A stretch of DNA of 32,000 bases from Cereibacter sphaeroides 2.4.1 (GCF_000012905.2 NC_007493.2:150001-182000); one strand, 5' to 3'. Shown: positions 16,941 through 26,684, counted from the first letter of the stretch. Numbers and translations: made by a program. The notes: a model not told the origin generated them from the letters alone.

Positions 16941-16951
16941 TGTCTAGAGCG

Positions 16952-18658
16952 TCAGGCCCGGATCAGGCCCATCTGCTCGAGCTTCAGGATCACCTGATGG
17001 GCGCAATGGTCGACGCTCACATTGGCCGTGTCCACCACCAGCTCGGCCTTGGCCGGCACCTCGTAGGGGTCGGAGATCCCGGTGAACTCCTTGATCTTGC
17101 CTTCCCGCGCGAGCTTGTAGAGCCCCTTGCGGTCCCGCCGCTCGCATTCCTCGATCGGCGTGGCCACATGCACCTCGATGAAGGCGCCGAAGGCCTCGAT
17201 CATCTCGCGCACGGCGCGCCGCGTCGCGGTATAGGGCGCGATCGGCGCGCAGATCGCGATGCCGCCGTTCTTGGTGATCTCGGAGGCCACATAGCCGATC
17301 CGCTTGATGTTGATGTCGCGGTGCTCCTTCGAGAAGCCGAGCTCCGAGGAGAGATGCTTGCGCACCACGTCGCCGTCGAGGAGAGTCACCGGGCGGCCGC
17401 CCATCTCCATCAGCTTGACCATGAGGGCGTTCGCGATGGTGGACTTGCCCGAGCCGGAGAGCCCCGTGAAGAAGACGGTGAAGCCCTGCTTCGAGCGGGC
17501 GGGCGAGGTGCGGCGCAGCTCGCTCACCACGTCGGGGAAGGAGAACCATTCCGGGATCTCGAGCCCCTCGCGCAGGCGGCGGCGCAGCTCGGTGCCCGAG
17601 ATGTCGAGGACGGTGGAGCCTTCCGGCACCTCGTCCACGGGGAAATACTGGGCCTTCTCCTGCACATAGACCATCTGTTTGAAATCGACCATCTCGACGC
17701 CGATCTCGTCTGCATGGGCCTTGAACAGCTCCTGCGCATCATAGGGGCCGTAGAAGTCCTTGCCCTCGGAGTTCTTGCCCGGGCCGGCATGGTCGCGGCC
17801 CACGATCATGTGGGTGCAGCCGTGGTTGCGCCGGATCAGCCCGTGCCAGACCGCCTCGCGCGGGCCGCCCATGCGCATGGCGAGGTTCAGGAGCGACAGG
17901 GTCGTGGTGGAGGAGGGATACTGGTCGAGCACCGCCTCGTAGCAGCGCACGCGGGTGAAATGGTCGATGTCGCCGGGCTTCGTCATGCCCACGACCGGAT
18001 GGATCAGCAGGTTCGCCTGCGCTTCGCGGGCGGCGCGGAAGGTCAGTTCCTGATGCGCGCGGTGCAGCGGATTGCGGGTCTGGAAGGCCACCACGCGGGT
18101 CCAGCCCATCTTGCGGAAGAAGGCGCGCAGCTCGTTGGGCGTGTCGCGGCGCATCTTGAAATCGTAGTGCACCGGCGGCTGGATGCCGGTGATCGGGCCG
18201 CCGAGATAGACCTTCCCGGCCGTGTGGTGCAGGTAGTTCACCGCCGGATGGGCGAGATCGTTCGCGCCGAACACCTTCTCGGCCTCGCGGTCCTTGTTCG
18301 GCACCCATTTGTCGGTGACCGACAGGATCGCGAGGATCACGCCCTCGGCGTCGCGCAGCGCGATGTCCTGACCGGGCTCGACGCCCTCGGCAAACTTCTC
18401 GCTCACGTCCAGCGTCACCGGCATCGGCCAGAGCCGTCCGTCGGCGAGGCGCATGTTCTCGACCACGCCATCGTAATCGGCCTCGGTCAGGAAGCCCTTG
18501 AGCGGATGGAAGCCGCCGTTCATCAGCAGTTCGAGGTCGCAGATCTGGCGCTGCGTCAGGTCCCAGGAGGGCAGGCTGCCCGCATCGGCCTTCAATTTCT
18601 GGGCCGAGTCGTAGGAGACGTAGAGTTCAGGGACAGGAGCGTGGTTCGGAAGGGACAT
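16952..18658 (-). CDS. Bifunctional sulfate adenylyltransferase / adenylylsulfate kinase (Sat-CysC fusion)
   Basis: Track ORF 16952..18754, trimmed to the ATG at 18658 (MSLPNHAPVPELYVSY...). The ATP-sulfurylase motif QTRNPLHRAH and the C-terminal APS-kinase P-loop GLSGSGKST are both present. Confidence 0.9.
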   Translation of the reverse strand: MSLPNHAPVPELYVSYDSAQKLKADAGSLPSWDLTQRQICDLELLMNGGFHPLKGFLTEADYDGVVENMRLADGRLWPMPVTLDVSEKFAEGVEPGQDIALRDAEGVILAILSVTDKWVPNKDREAEKVFGANDLAHPAVNYLHHTAGKVYLGGPITGIQPPVHYDFKMRRDTPNELRAFFRKMGWTRVVAFQTRNPLHRAHQELTFRAAREAQANLLIHPVVGMTKPGDIDHFTRVRCYEAVLDQYPSSTTTLSLLNLAMRMGGPREAVWHGLIRRNHGCTHMIVGRDHAGPGKNSEGKDFYGPYDAQELFKAHADEIGVEMVDFKQMVYVQEKAQYFPVDEVPEGSTVLDISGTELRRRLREGLEIPEWFSFPDVVSELRRTSPARSKQGFTVFFTGLSGSGKSTIANALMVKLMEMGGRPVTLLDGDVVRKHLSSELGFSKEHRDINIKRIGYVASEITKNGGIAICAPIAPYTATRRAVREMIEAFGAFIEVHVATPIEECERRDRKGLYKLAREGKIKEFTGISDPYEVPAKAELVVDTANVSVDHCAHQVILKLEQMGLIRA

Positions 18659-18786
18659 TGAGAGAACTGCCTTTGCGGATACAATCGACGGGCGATCCCG
18701 GTCCCGCGGGGGCATATCCCGCGGTCCGCAACGGTTCAAGCGCGGACCATGCAACGGTCGCGGAATAAGGCCGAAATGCCACCATG

Positions 18787-18830
18787 CCTTCCGGCGGGCA
18801 AACGCCCGTCCGAGACGCGCCGCCGGAAGG
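18787..18830 (-). terminator. Large inverted repeat downstream of trxB (terminator candidate)
   Basis: CCTTCCGGCGG (18787-18797) and CCGCCGGAAGG (18820-18830) form an 11-bp stem enclosing a smaller GGGC-loop-GCCC hairpin. It starts 20 nt after the trxB stop. No U-tract. Confidence 0.35.
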
Positions 18831-18849
18831 CGGAGGATGTGCCGCAGGA

Positions 18850-19980
<1,131 letters not shown>

Positions 19981-20010
19981 CTAGAATCTCCCCGCAGCAA
20001 GGAGAGCTTC

Positions 20011-20511
20011 ATGGCCGGATCGAAACTGGACCCCATCGACCGTCACATCCTGGCGGAACTCCAGAGCGACGGCCGGATGACCAATGTCGAGCTGGCCAAG
20101 CGCGTGGGCATCTCGGCGCCGCCCTGCCTGCGCCGGGTGCGCACGCTCGAGGAGGCGGGCTACATCCGCGGCTATCATGCCGACATCGACCCGCGCGAGC
20201 TCGGCTTCGAGGTGCAGGTCTTTGCCATGGTGCGGCTGCACAGCCAGGCAGAAGCGGATCTCTCGGCCTTCGAATCGCGCTGCCGTGCCTGGCCTCTGGT
20301 GCGCGAGTGCCACATGCTGAACGGCGAGATCGACTTCATCCTGAAATGCGTGGCGCCCGACCTGCCGAGCTTCCAGAGCTTCCTCACCCAGGAACTCACC
20401 GCGGCCGAGAATGTGGCCTCGGTCAAGACGAGCCTCGTGATCCGCTGCGCCAAGGACGAGCCGGGCGTGCCCTTCGAGGTGCTCGAGGCCCGGCTCCAGC
20501 GCAGCGCCTGA
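20011..20511 (+). CDS. Lrp/AsnC family transcriptional regulator
   Basis: The last 166 aa of track ORF 18784..20511, from the ATG at 20011, which is preceded by AAGGAGAG: MAGSKLDPIDRHILAELQSDGRMTNVELAKRVGISAPPCLRRVRTLEEAGYI... This is an HTH_AsnC domain plus a RAM/ligand domain. Confidence 0.9.
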   Translation: MAGSKLDPIDRHILAELQSDGRMTNVELAKRVGISAPPCLRRVRTLEEAGYIRGYHADIDPRELGFEVQVFAMVRLHSQAEADLSAFESRCRAWPLVRECHMLNGEIDFILKCVAPDLPSFQSFLTQELTAAENVASVKTSLVIRCAKDEPGVPFEVLEARLQRSA

Positions 20512-20580
20512 CGCCCCCCGCCTGTTCCTCCGCGCCAGCCCTCCTCCCCCGCTTTCACTCTGCCCAAATATCCCGGGGGT

Positions 20581-20618
20581 GCGGGGGCAGCGCCCCCGCT
20601 CCGGAGGGCGGCCCTCCG
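20581..20618. terminator. Two tandem GC hairpins in a convergent gap
   Basis: GCGGGGGC-AGC-GCCCCCGC (20581-20599) and CGGAGGG-CGG-CCCTCCG (20602-20618), between the lrp-like stop (20511) and the pgeF stop (20634). No U-tracts. Confidence 0.35.
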
Positions 20619-20633
20619 CGCAGGTCCCGGGCC

Positions 20634-21386
20634 TCAGAGCCGGATGGCCGAGATGAGCCGCCCGTAATCGGCCTCTCCCGCATGGGTGGTGCGGCGGTAG
20701 GAAAAGAACCGCTCCGGATCGCGGTAGGTGCAGTGCCGCGTCCATTCCGCCTGCCCCACGCCCGCCGCCCGCAGCCGGGCAAGCCCGAAGGCCGGCAGGT
20801 CGAAGAGCGCCCGGTCGCCCGAGCCTTGCGCGAAGAACCGCGCCGCCTCCGGGTCCTCGTCGAGGAATTCCTCGACGAACTCCGGTCCGACCTCATAGGC
20901 GGCCTGACTGATCGTCGGGCCGATCACCGCGACGACCCGGGCGCGATCCGCGCCGAGATCCTCCATCGCCGCAAGGGTCGCCTCGAGCACACCCGCCTTG
21001 GTGCCGCGCCAGCCCGCGTGGGCCGCGGCGACCACACCCGCCTCGGCGTCGGCCATCAGCACCGGCTGGCAGTCGGCGGTCAGGACGGCGATGGCGAGCC
21101 CCGGCACTGCCGTCACCAGCGCATCCGCGCGCGGCCGCTCCGCGAGCGGCTCCGTCACGGTCAGCACGTCCGGTGAATGCACCTGATTGACCGTGACCAG
21201 CCGGTCCGCCGCCACGCCCATCGCCTCCGCCACCCGGGCCCGGTTGATCGTCACCACCTCCGCCAGATCGCTGGAGCCGGGGCCGCAGTTGAGGCCCGCG
21301 AAGACCCCCGAGGAGGCGCCCCCCTTGCGGGTGAAGAACCCGTGGCGGAAGGGGGCCAGAGCATCGGCCGTGATCAGTTCCATCAT
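20634..21386 (-). CDS. pgeF: Peptidoglycan editing factor PgeF / YfiH (DUF152, laccase-domain protein)
   Basis: 250-aa track ORF. GFFTRKGG, VNQVHS, TADC and HAGWRG are the conserved YfiH family blocks. Its start overlaps the upstream stop (ATGA, 21383-21386). Confidence 0.85.
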   Translation of the reverse strand: MMELITADALAPFRHGFFTRKGGASSGVFAGLNCGPGSSDLAEVVTINRARVAEAMGVAADRLVTVNQVHSPDVLTVTEPLAERPRADALVTAVPGLAIAVLTADCQPVLMADAEAGVVAAAHAGWRGTKAGVLEATLAAMEDLGADRARVVAVIGPTISQAAYEVGPEFVEEFLDEDPEAARFFAQGSGDRALFDLPAFGLARLRAAGVGQAEWTRHCTYRDPERFFSYRRTTHAGEADYGRLISAIRL

Positions 21387-22444
21387 GCGTCAAATCCTGC
21401 GGGCGCGGGTCCCTGCGGCGAAAACACCGCCAGCGCCTTGAAGAGCGTTCCCATTTCGGTGGCGTCGGTCAAGCGGCGAGATGCGGCCTCGTGGCTGGCG
21501 AGGGCCTCTCCGGTCAGCGATCGGGCCAGCCGCGCGGCCCGCTGCGCAAGGCCGAGGCGCAGGAGAAGCGCGCCCTGCGGGACGAGGGCCGTGCCGCAGG
21601 GCGCCGCCGCCTGCGCCAGGGCCTCGAAATCCACATGGGCGGTCAGGTCCGCCTCTCCGGGCGCCGCCAGCGGATCGTCGAACCGGTGCGCCCGCAGCGC
21701 CTGCAGCGTGTCGCCATGCGAGCGCCAGCCGCCATAATCCACGGCGAGCGCAAGGCCGCCCGCCGCCGCAATGCGCCGCGCGATCTCGGCCATGATCGGA
21801 CCGGCAGCCGGGCAGAGCTCGACGACATCGCCCGGCGCCGTATCCTCGAGCCGGTACGCCAGCGCGGCGAGCGACGTCTCCGGGCCCAGACCCCAGGTGA
21901 GGCGACCCTCGGTGAGCCCCACCATCCGCTCGCGCCAGCCCTCCGGTCCGCGCACGAACTGCCGGATCGGCAGCGCGTCGAAGAATTCGTTGGCCACGAG
22001 GAAGAGCGGCCCCTCCGGCAGGTCCGCGGCGCGGTCGAGCCACGCCGCGGGATGCCCGCCCAGCGTCTCGCGCTGAAGCGCACGCAGCCGCGGCGAGGCC
22101 TCCACCAGATGCACCCGCGCCGCCTCATGAAAACCCGGCACTCCGCGCGTCGCGCGCAGCAGGTCTGCCATCAGCGTGCCGCGTCCCGGCCCGAGCTCGG
22201 CCAGGGTGACGGGCGAAGGCTGGCCCTGATCGAGCCAGGCCTGCGCGAGGCAGAGGCCCAGAAGCTCGCCGAACATCTGGCTGATCTCGGGCGCGGTGGT
22301 GAAGTCGCCCGCCGCCCCGAACGGCTCGCGGGTGGAATAGTAGCCGTGCTCGGGATGAAGCAGGCATTCCGCCATGTAGTCGGCCACCGTGACGGGGCCG
22401 GTGGCGCCGATCCGCCGTGCGATGAGGACCGCCAGCGCCGTCAC
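21383..22444 (-). CDS. SAM-dependent methyltransferase, DUF185 / MidA / NDUFAF7-like
   Basis: The C-terminal 353 aa of track ORF 21383..23974, from the GTG at 22444 ([28 protein letters not shown]...). [14 protein letters not shown] and [10 protein letters not shown] are the family signatures. The GTG overlaps the lgt stop (GTGA). Confidence 0.8.
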   Translation of the reverse strand: MTALAVLIARRIGATGPVTVADYMAECLLHPEHGYYSTREPFGAAGDFTTAPEISQMFGELLGLCLAQAWLDQGQPSPVTLAELGPGRGTLMADLLRATRGVPGFHEAARVHLVEASPRLRALQRETLGGHPAAWLDRAADLPEGPLFLVANEFFDALPIRQFVRGPEGWRERMVGLTEGRLTWGLGPETSLAALAYRLEDTAPGDVVELCPAAGPIMAEIARRIAAAGGLALAVDYGGWRSHGDTLQALRAHRFDDPLAAPGEADLTAHVDFEALAQAAAPCGTALVPQGALLLRLGLAQRAARLARSLTGEALASHEAASRRLTDATEMGTLFKALAVFSPQGPAPAGFDA

Positions 22445-23319
22445 GCGGTCCGCCGGCTGCGCAGAATGAGATAGAGCCCGAGCAGGATCATCGGCAGCGA
22501 CAGGATCTGCCCCATGGTCAGCCCGTAGCCCGAGATCTGCCACGCGAGGCCCAGCGGGTTGCCGGCGCTCACGAACTGCGCATCGGGCTGGCGCACGAAC
22601 TCGACAAGGAAGCGCGTGGCGCCGTAGCCCGCAAGGAACATGCCGGACACGGACCCCGGCCAGTGCAGCCAGCCGCGCCGCCAGACGAGAAGGCTCAGGA
22701 CCGTGAACAGCAGAATTCCCTCTAGCCCGGCCTCGTAGATCTGCGAGGGATGGCGGGCGCAGATCCCCTCGATCCCGGGGCAGCTCTGCGCCGCCTCGCC
22801 GGGAAAGGCCACGCCCCAGGGCAGGGTCGTGGGCCGGCCCCAGAGCTCGGCATTGATGAAGTTCGCGATCCGCCCGAGGAAGAGGCCCGGCGGCGTGGCG
22901 GCGGCCAGAAGGTCCGCCACCGGCAGGATGGAGATGCGTTCCTTCAGGCAGAAGGCCACGAGCGCCGTCATCACTCCGAGGAAGCCTCCGTGGAAGGACA
23001 TGCCGCCCTCCCAGACCTTCAGGATGTCGAGCGGGTGGGCGAGATAATGGGCCGGCTGGTAGAAGAGCACGAAGCCCAGCCGTCCGCCGAGGATCACGCC
23101 GAGGATCACCCAGGTCAGCAGCCGCTCCAGCTGGTCCTCGGTCATCGGAGGACCGAAGCTCCAGAGCCGCTCCGCACGGATCATGCGCAGCACCAGCCGC
23201 CAGCCGATCAGGAGGCCCGCGATATAGGCCAGCGCATACCAGCGCAGCGCGAAGGTCACCCCGAACAGCTCGATCGAGAAGAGTTCGGGCGAGATGTCGG
23301 GGAAGGGAATGTAGGACAT
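22441..23319 (-). CDS. lgt: Prolipoprotein diacylglyceryl transferase
   Basis: 292-aa track ORF, polytopic. [16 protein letters not shown] and HPSQIYE are Lgt signatures. Confidence 0.9.
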   Translation of the reverse strand: MSYIPFPDISPELFSIELFGVTFALRWYALAYIAGLLIGWRLVLRMIRAERLWSFGPPMTEDQLERLLTWVILGVILGGRLGFVLFYQPAHYLAHPLDILKVWEGGMSFHGGFLGVMTALVAFCLKERISILPVADLLAAATPPGLFLGRIANFINAELWGRPTTLPWGVAFPGEAAQSCPGIEGICARHPSQIYEAGLEGILLFTVLSLLVWRRGWLHWPGSVSGMFLAGYGATRFLVEFVRQPDAQFVSAGNPLGLAWQISGYGLTMGQILSLPMILLGLYLILRSRRTA

Positions 23320-23368
23320 GGGGTTTCCTTTCGGCCCGGTTTTTCCGGCGCGGCTGCGGCGAAGTCAA

Positions 23369-23399
23369 CCTTGCGCGCAAGGTGGCGCACGACCATATA
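23369..23399 (+). promoter_or_regulatory. Perfect 14-bp palindrome overlapping a candidate ubiK promoter
   Basis: CCTTGCGCGCAAGG (23369-23382) is self-complementary. TTGCGC (23371-23376), 17-nt spacer, CATATA (23394-23399) is a plausible sigma70-type promoter about 25 nt upstream of the ubiK ATG, in the lgt/ubiK divergent region. Confidence 0.3.
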
Positions 23400-23423
23400 G
23401 GGCCGATCGCTGGAGGGAACCGC

Positions 23424-23672
23424 ATGCAGACCCGCAACAAATTCTTCGACGACATGTCGCAGCTCATGACCAATGCCATGGGCGTGGCGCAGGGCGCCCG
23501 GACCGAGGCCGAGACGGCGATGAAGGGCCTTCTCGATCGCTGGATGGCGGATCGCGACTTCGTGACCCGCGAAGAGTTCGATGCCGTCCGCGCCATGGCG
23601 CAGAAGGCCCGCGAGGAGAACGAGGCCCTGTCGGCCCGCCTCGCCGCGCTCGAGGCCAAGTCCAAGGGCTGA
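23424..23672 (+). CDS. ubiK: UbiK/YqiC (BMFP) family accessory protein
   Basis: Track ORF 23382..23672, trimmed to the ATG at 23424, which is preceded by GGAGGGAA (MQTRNKFFDDMSQLMTNAMG...). The FVTREEFDAV block plus a C-terminal coiled coil resemble E. coli YqiC/UbiK. Confidence 0.75.
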   Translation: MQTRNKFFDDMSQLMTNAMGVAQGARTEAETAMKGLLDRWMADRDFVTREEFDAVRAMAQKAREENEALSARLAALEAKSKG

Positions 23673-23734
23673 GGCCCTTTCGGGCGTGGGCCTTCGGGCC
23701 CGCCCGCCGATCCCCACGCGCGCCCCACGGGGCA

Positions 23735-23760
23735 GGACGGCAGACGGCCGCCGTCCGTTG
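23735..23760 (+). terminator. Hairpin downstream of ubiK (terminator candidate)
   Basis: GGACGGC (23735-23741), 8-nt loop, GCCGTCC (23750-23756), then GUUGUC. Two smaller hairpins (GCCC-UUUC-GGGC and GGGCC-UUCG-GGCCC) precede it directly after the stop. Confidence 0.35.
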
Positions 23761-23970
23761 TCGAGGCCCGCTTCTGCCAGTCCCCTGACCGTTCCCTGAA
23801 GGCGGAGCGGCGACTGGGCGCAGGGCCCTTCCTTCCTTCCAATCCCGCCATCGCGGCGCAGGCCGAAGCCGCCCGCTCGAAGGCCTCCCGCCCCTGATCC
23901 GGGCCGTCTCTGGCCAGCCGGCGGGCCACCTTTCGGATGGATTCTCTGACGAAAGGCCGAGGAGCTTTTC

Positions 23971-23996
23971 TCAAGACAGGCCGGCTTCGCCATAAA
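23971..23996 (+). promoter_or_regulatory. Weak sigma28 (FliA)-like promoter candidate upstream of the che operon
   Basis: CTCAAGAC, 11-nt spacer, GCCATAAA (23989-23996), compared with the enteric consensus TAAAGTTT-N11-GCCGATAA. Only a partial match, about 95 nt upstream of the first che-operon ORF. Confidence 0.2.
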
Positions 23997-24091
23997 TCCG
24001 GGGCGTCTCGCGCCGTTCTTTTCGCTAGCGTCCGACCTCAGAGACGCAGGCATGTCCTGCGGCGGTAGGACGAGTGCGAGGGATGATGCAG

Positions 24092-24361
24092 ATGACCCCA
24101 CTGACCCTGTCCGGGACCCTGCGGCTGCAGGACGCGCCCGGACTGATCGAGCGACTCGCGGCGGCGCTGGCCGCAGGCGACGTCGAGATCGACGCCTCGG
24201 GCGTCCTTGCCGTGGATGCGGCCGCGGTGCAGGTGCTCGTCTCGGCCGCCCGCACGGCCGGCGCCACGGGGCGGCGGCTCGTGCTGGCGCAGGACCATCC
24301 GGCCCTGACCGATGCTTTCGCGGGCCTTGTCCTCGATCCGGTCCCGGAGGGTCTGGCATGA
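24092..24361 (+). CDS. STAS-domain protein at the head of the che operon (CheS/CheX-like)
   Basis: Track ORF 24074..24361. I prefer the ATG at 24092 (GAGGG about 9 nt upstream): MTPLTLSGTLRLQDAPGLIERLAAALAAGDVEIDASGVLAVDAAAVQVLVSAAR... This is the SpoIIAA/STAS pattern. The stop overlaps the cheY ATG (ATGA). Confidence 0.7.
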   Translation: MTPLTLSGTLRLQDAPGLIERLAAALAAGDVEIDASGVLAVDAAAVQVLVSAARTAGATGRRLVLAQDHPALTDAFAGLVLDPVPEGLA

Positions 24362-24723
24362 GCAGGACGGTTCTCGCCGTGGACGATTCTCCGTCCGTCC
24401 GCTGCATGGTGGCCATGACGCTGCGCGAGGCGGGATATCGGGTCATCGAGGCCACGGACGGGCGCGAGGGGTTGGAGAAGGCCCTGAGCGAGCCGGTCGA
24501 TGCCATCATCACCGACCAGAACATGCCGAACCTCGATGGGTTGGGCTTCATCCGCGCCTTTCGAGAGCATCCCGAGAGCAAGGGCAAACCCATTATCTTT
24601 TTGTCCACGGATTCCGCCGACACTCTCAAGCAGCAGGCCCGCGAGGCAGGGGCGATGGGTTGGATGGTCAAGCCGTTCACCCAGCCGCAACTGCTCGCCG
24701 TCATCAAGAAGGTGCTCGGATGA
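24358..24723 (+). CDS. cheY3: Chemotaxis response regulator CheY (single REC domain)
   Basis: 121 aa from the ATG at 24358, within track ORF 24052..24723: MSRTVLAVDDSPSVR...IITDQNMPNLDG...MVKPF. The paralogue number is assigned from the cheOp2 gene order as I remember it. Confidence 0.9.
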   Translation: MSRTVLAVDDSPSVRCMVAMTLREAGYRVIEATDGREGLEKALSEPVDAIITDQNMPNLDGLGFIRAFREHPESKGKPIIFLSTDSADTLKQQAREAGAMGWMVKPFTQPQLLAVIKKVLG

Positions 24724-26684
24724 TGGACGACGACATGATGGCTGTCTTCCGGCAGGAAGCGACGGATCTCATTGAAAGCCTTGAACGGGGCCTTCTGGAT
24801 CTCAGCGACTCGCCGGAAGATCGTGACCTGATCAACGCGGTGTTCCGCGATCTCCACACGATCAAGGGCTCGGGCGCCATGTTCGGCTTCGCCGACATGG
24901 CCGCCTTCGTCCATGCGTTCGAATCGGCCTTCGACCTGCTCCGGTCCGGCAAGGCCGTCGTGACGCCCGAAATCATTCGCCTGGCGCTCTCGGCGCGCGA
25001 CGAGATCATCGGCTTCCTCGCCGACGAGCCCGACCCTGACGGGCGCCGCCCGGCGATCCTCAGCGCGCTCGAGGCTGCCGTGGGCGGCTCGGGCGTGGCA
25101 ACGGCGCCTGCGGTCGCGGCAGCGGCGGCGCCGCCTGCCGACCGGCTCTGGTTCCGGCTGACCGGAAACGCCCTCGCCCTCGGGGCGCGGCCCGATCTCC
25201 TGCTGGCGGAACTGCGCGAGCTGGGGGCGACCGACATCCGCGCGGACCTCTCGGCGGTGCCTCCGCTCGATGCGCTCGACCCCGAGGTCTGCATGATCGG
25301 CTGGTCGATGAGCTTCCCGAACCGCGTGACGCGCGAGGCGATCGACAACGTCTTCCTGTTCAACGAAGTGGAACTGCGGCTCGAGGCCGCGCCGGCGACG
25401 GCCCCCGCCGCCGCTCCGGTCCCCGCCGCTCCGGTCTCTGCCGCCGCCGCGCCGCCGCCTCCGGCCGCGCCGCGGAAGGCCGCCGACGAGGCGACGGGCG
25501 CCGACAAAGCAGGCGCGACCATGAGGGTTGCAGCCGAGCGTCTCGATCACCTGATGGATCGGGTGGGCGAGCTCGTGATTGCCGACGCGCGTCTCCTCCA
25601 GCTCGCCCAGCAGAGCCGGGACCCGGCGCTGATGGCGGCTGCCGAGGAAATCAGCCGCCTCGCGGCCGGTCTGCGCGACACGACCATGCGGATCCGCATG
25701 GTGCCGGTGCGCTCGATGGTCGGTCGCTTCCGGCGTCTGATCCATGGCCTCTCCGAAATGGTGGGCAAGCCCGTAAGCTTCGTTGTCCTGGGCGAGGAAA
25801 CCGAGCTGGACAAGACCGTGATCGAGCAACTTGCCGATCCGATCGTGCACATGCTGCGCAATTCGGTCGATCACGGGCTGGAAGCGCCGGCCGACCGAGC
25901 GGCTGCGGGCAAGCCTGCCGAGGGCCGCATCACGCTCGAGGCCGAGCAGTCCGGTGCCGAAGTGGTCATCCGCATCAGCGATGACGGCCGCGGGCTCAAC
26001 CGTGATCGCATCCGGGCCAAGGCTGTCGCCAACGGCATCATCGGCCCCGACGCGATCCTGACCGAGAGCGCGATGAACGCGCTCATCCTCGAGCCGGGTT
26101 TCTCCACCGCCGAGGCGATCACCGAGATCTCGGGCCGGGGCGTCGGGATGGACGTGGTGAAGAAGACGATCGAGGGCCTGCGCGGCTCGATCGAGGTGCA
26201 GTCTGTCGAGGGACGAGGTACGACCTTCACGCTGCGCCTGCCGCTGACGCTCGCCATCATCGAAGGCCTGCTGGTCGAAGTGGCGGGAGAGCGCTTCTCG
26301 ATCCCGCTCGCCGCAGTCCAGGAGATCGTCGAACTGCCTCCCGACCGGAGGGAAGAGGATGGGAGTGCGGACTTCCTCGATGTGCGCGACCGGCTGGTTC
26401 CGCTCGTCCGGCTGCGCCGTATCTTCTCAAGTCCCGGCACGCCGGACGAATTCCAGACGGTGGTGATCGTGCGGGCGGGCGAGACGCGCGCAGGGGCGGT
26501 GGTCGACCGGATCATCGGCACCAACCAGATCGTCATCAAGCAGATGTCCCGGCTCCATAGCGGGATCCGGGCCTTCTCCGGGGCGACCATCCTTGGCGAT
26601 GGCACCGTGGCCCTCATTCTCGACGTGCCGCATCTCGCGGGTGTCGGGCAGGGCGTTGAAGACCGTCGAGGAGCCGCGGCATGA
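24720..26684 (+). CDS. cheA2: Chemotaxis histidine kinase CheA (P1-P5)
   Basis: 654 aa from the ATG at 24720, within track ORF 24312..26684. P1 HTIKGSGAMFGF, an Ala/Pro-rich linker, HATPase blocks (DDGRGL, GRGVGMDVV) and a C-terminal CheW-like P5. The start overlaps the cheY stop. Confidence 0.95.
   Translation: MMDDDMMAVFRQEATDLIESLERGLLDLSDSPEDRDLINAVFRDLHTIKGSGAMFGFADMAAFVHAFESAFDLLRSGKAVVTPEIIRLALSARDEIIGFLADEPDPDGRRPAILSALEAAVGGSGVATAPAVAAAAAPPADRLWFRLTGNALALGARPDLLLAELRELGATDIRADLSAVPPLDALDPEVCMIGWSMSFPNRVTREAIDNVFLFNEVELRLEAAPATAPAAAPVPAAPVSAAAAPPPPAAPRKAADEATGADKAGATMRVAAERLDHLMDRVGELVIADARLLQLAQQSRDPALMAAAEEISRLAAGLRDTTMRIRMVPVRSMVGRFRRLIHGLSEMVGKPVSFVVLGEETELDKTVIEQLADPIVHMLRNSVDHGLEAPADRAAAGKPAEGRITLEAEQSGAEVVIRISDDGRGLNRDRIRAKAVANGIIGPDAILTESAMNALILEPGFSTAEAITEISGRGVGMDVVKKTIEGLRGSIEVQSVEGRGTTFTLRLPLTLAIIEGLLVEVAGERFSIPLAAVQEIVELPPDRREEDGSADFLDVRDRLVPLVRLRRIFSSPGTPDEFQTVVIVRAGETRAGAVVDRIIGTNQIVIKQMSRLHSGIRAFSGATILGDGTVALILDVPHLAGVGQGVEDRRGAAA

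Noticed and set aside
21383-25874. An 863-aa ORF (21383..23974, minus) and an 872-aa ORF (23256..25874, minus) spanning lgt, ubiK and the che operon start.
   Set aside because: Only the C-terminal 353 aa of the first ORF (from the GTG at 22444) has methyltransferase signatures. The remainder, and the whole second ORF, are out-of-frame or antisense shadows over lgt, intergenic DNA, cheY3 and cheA2.
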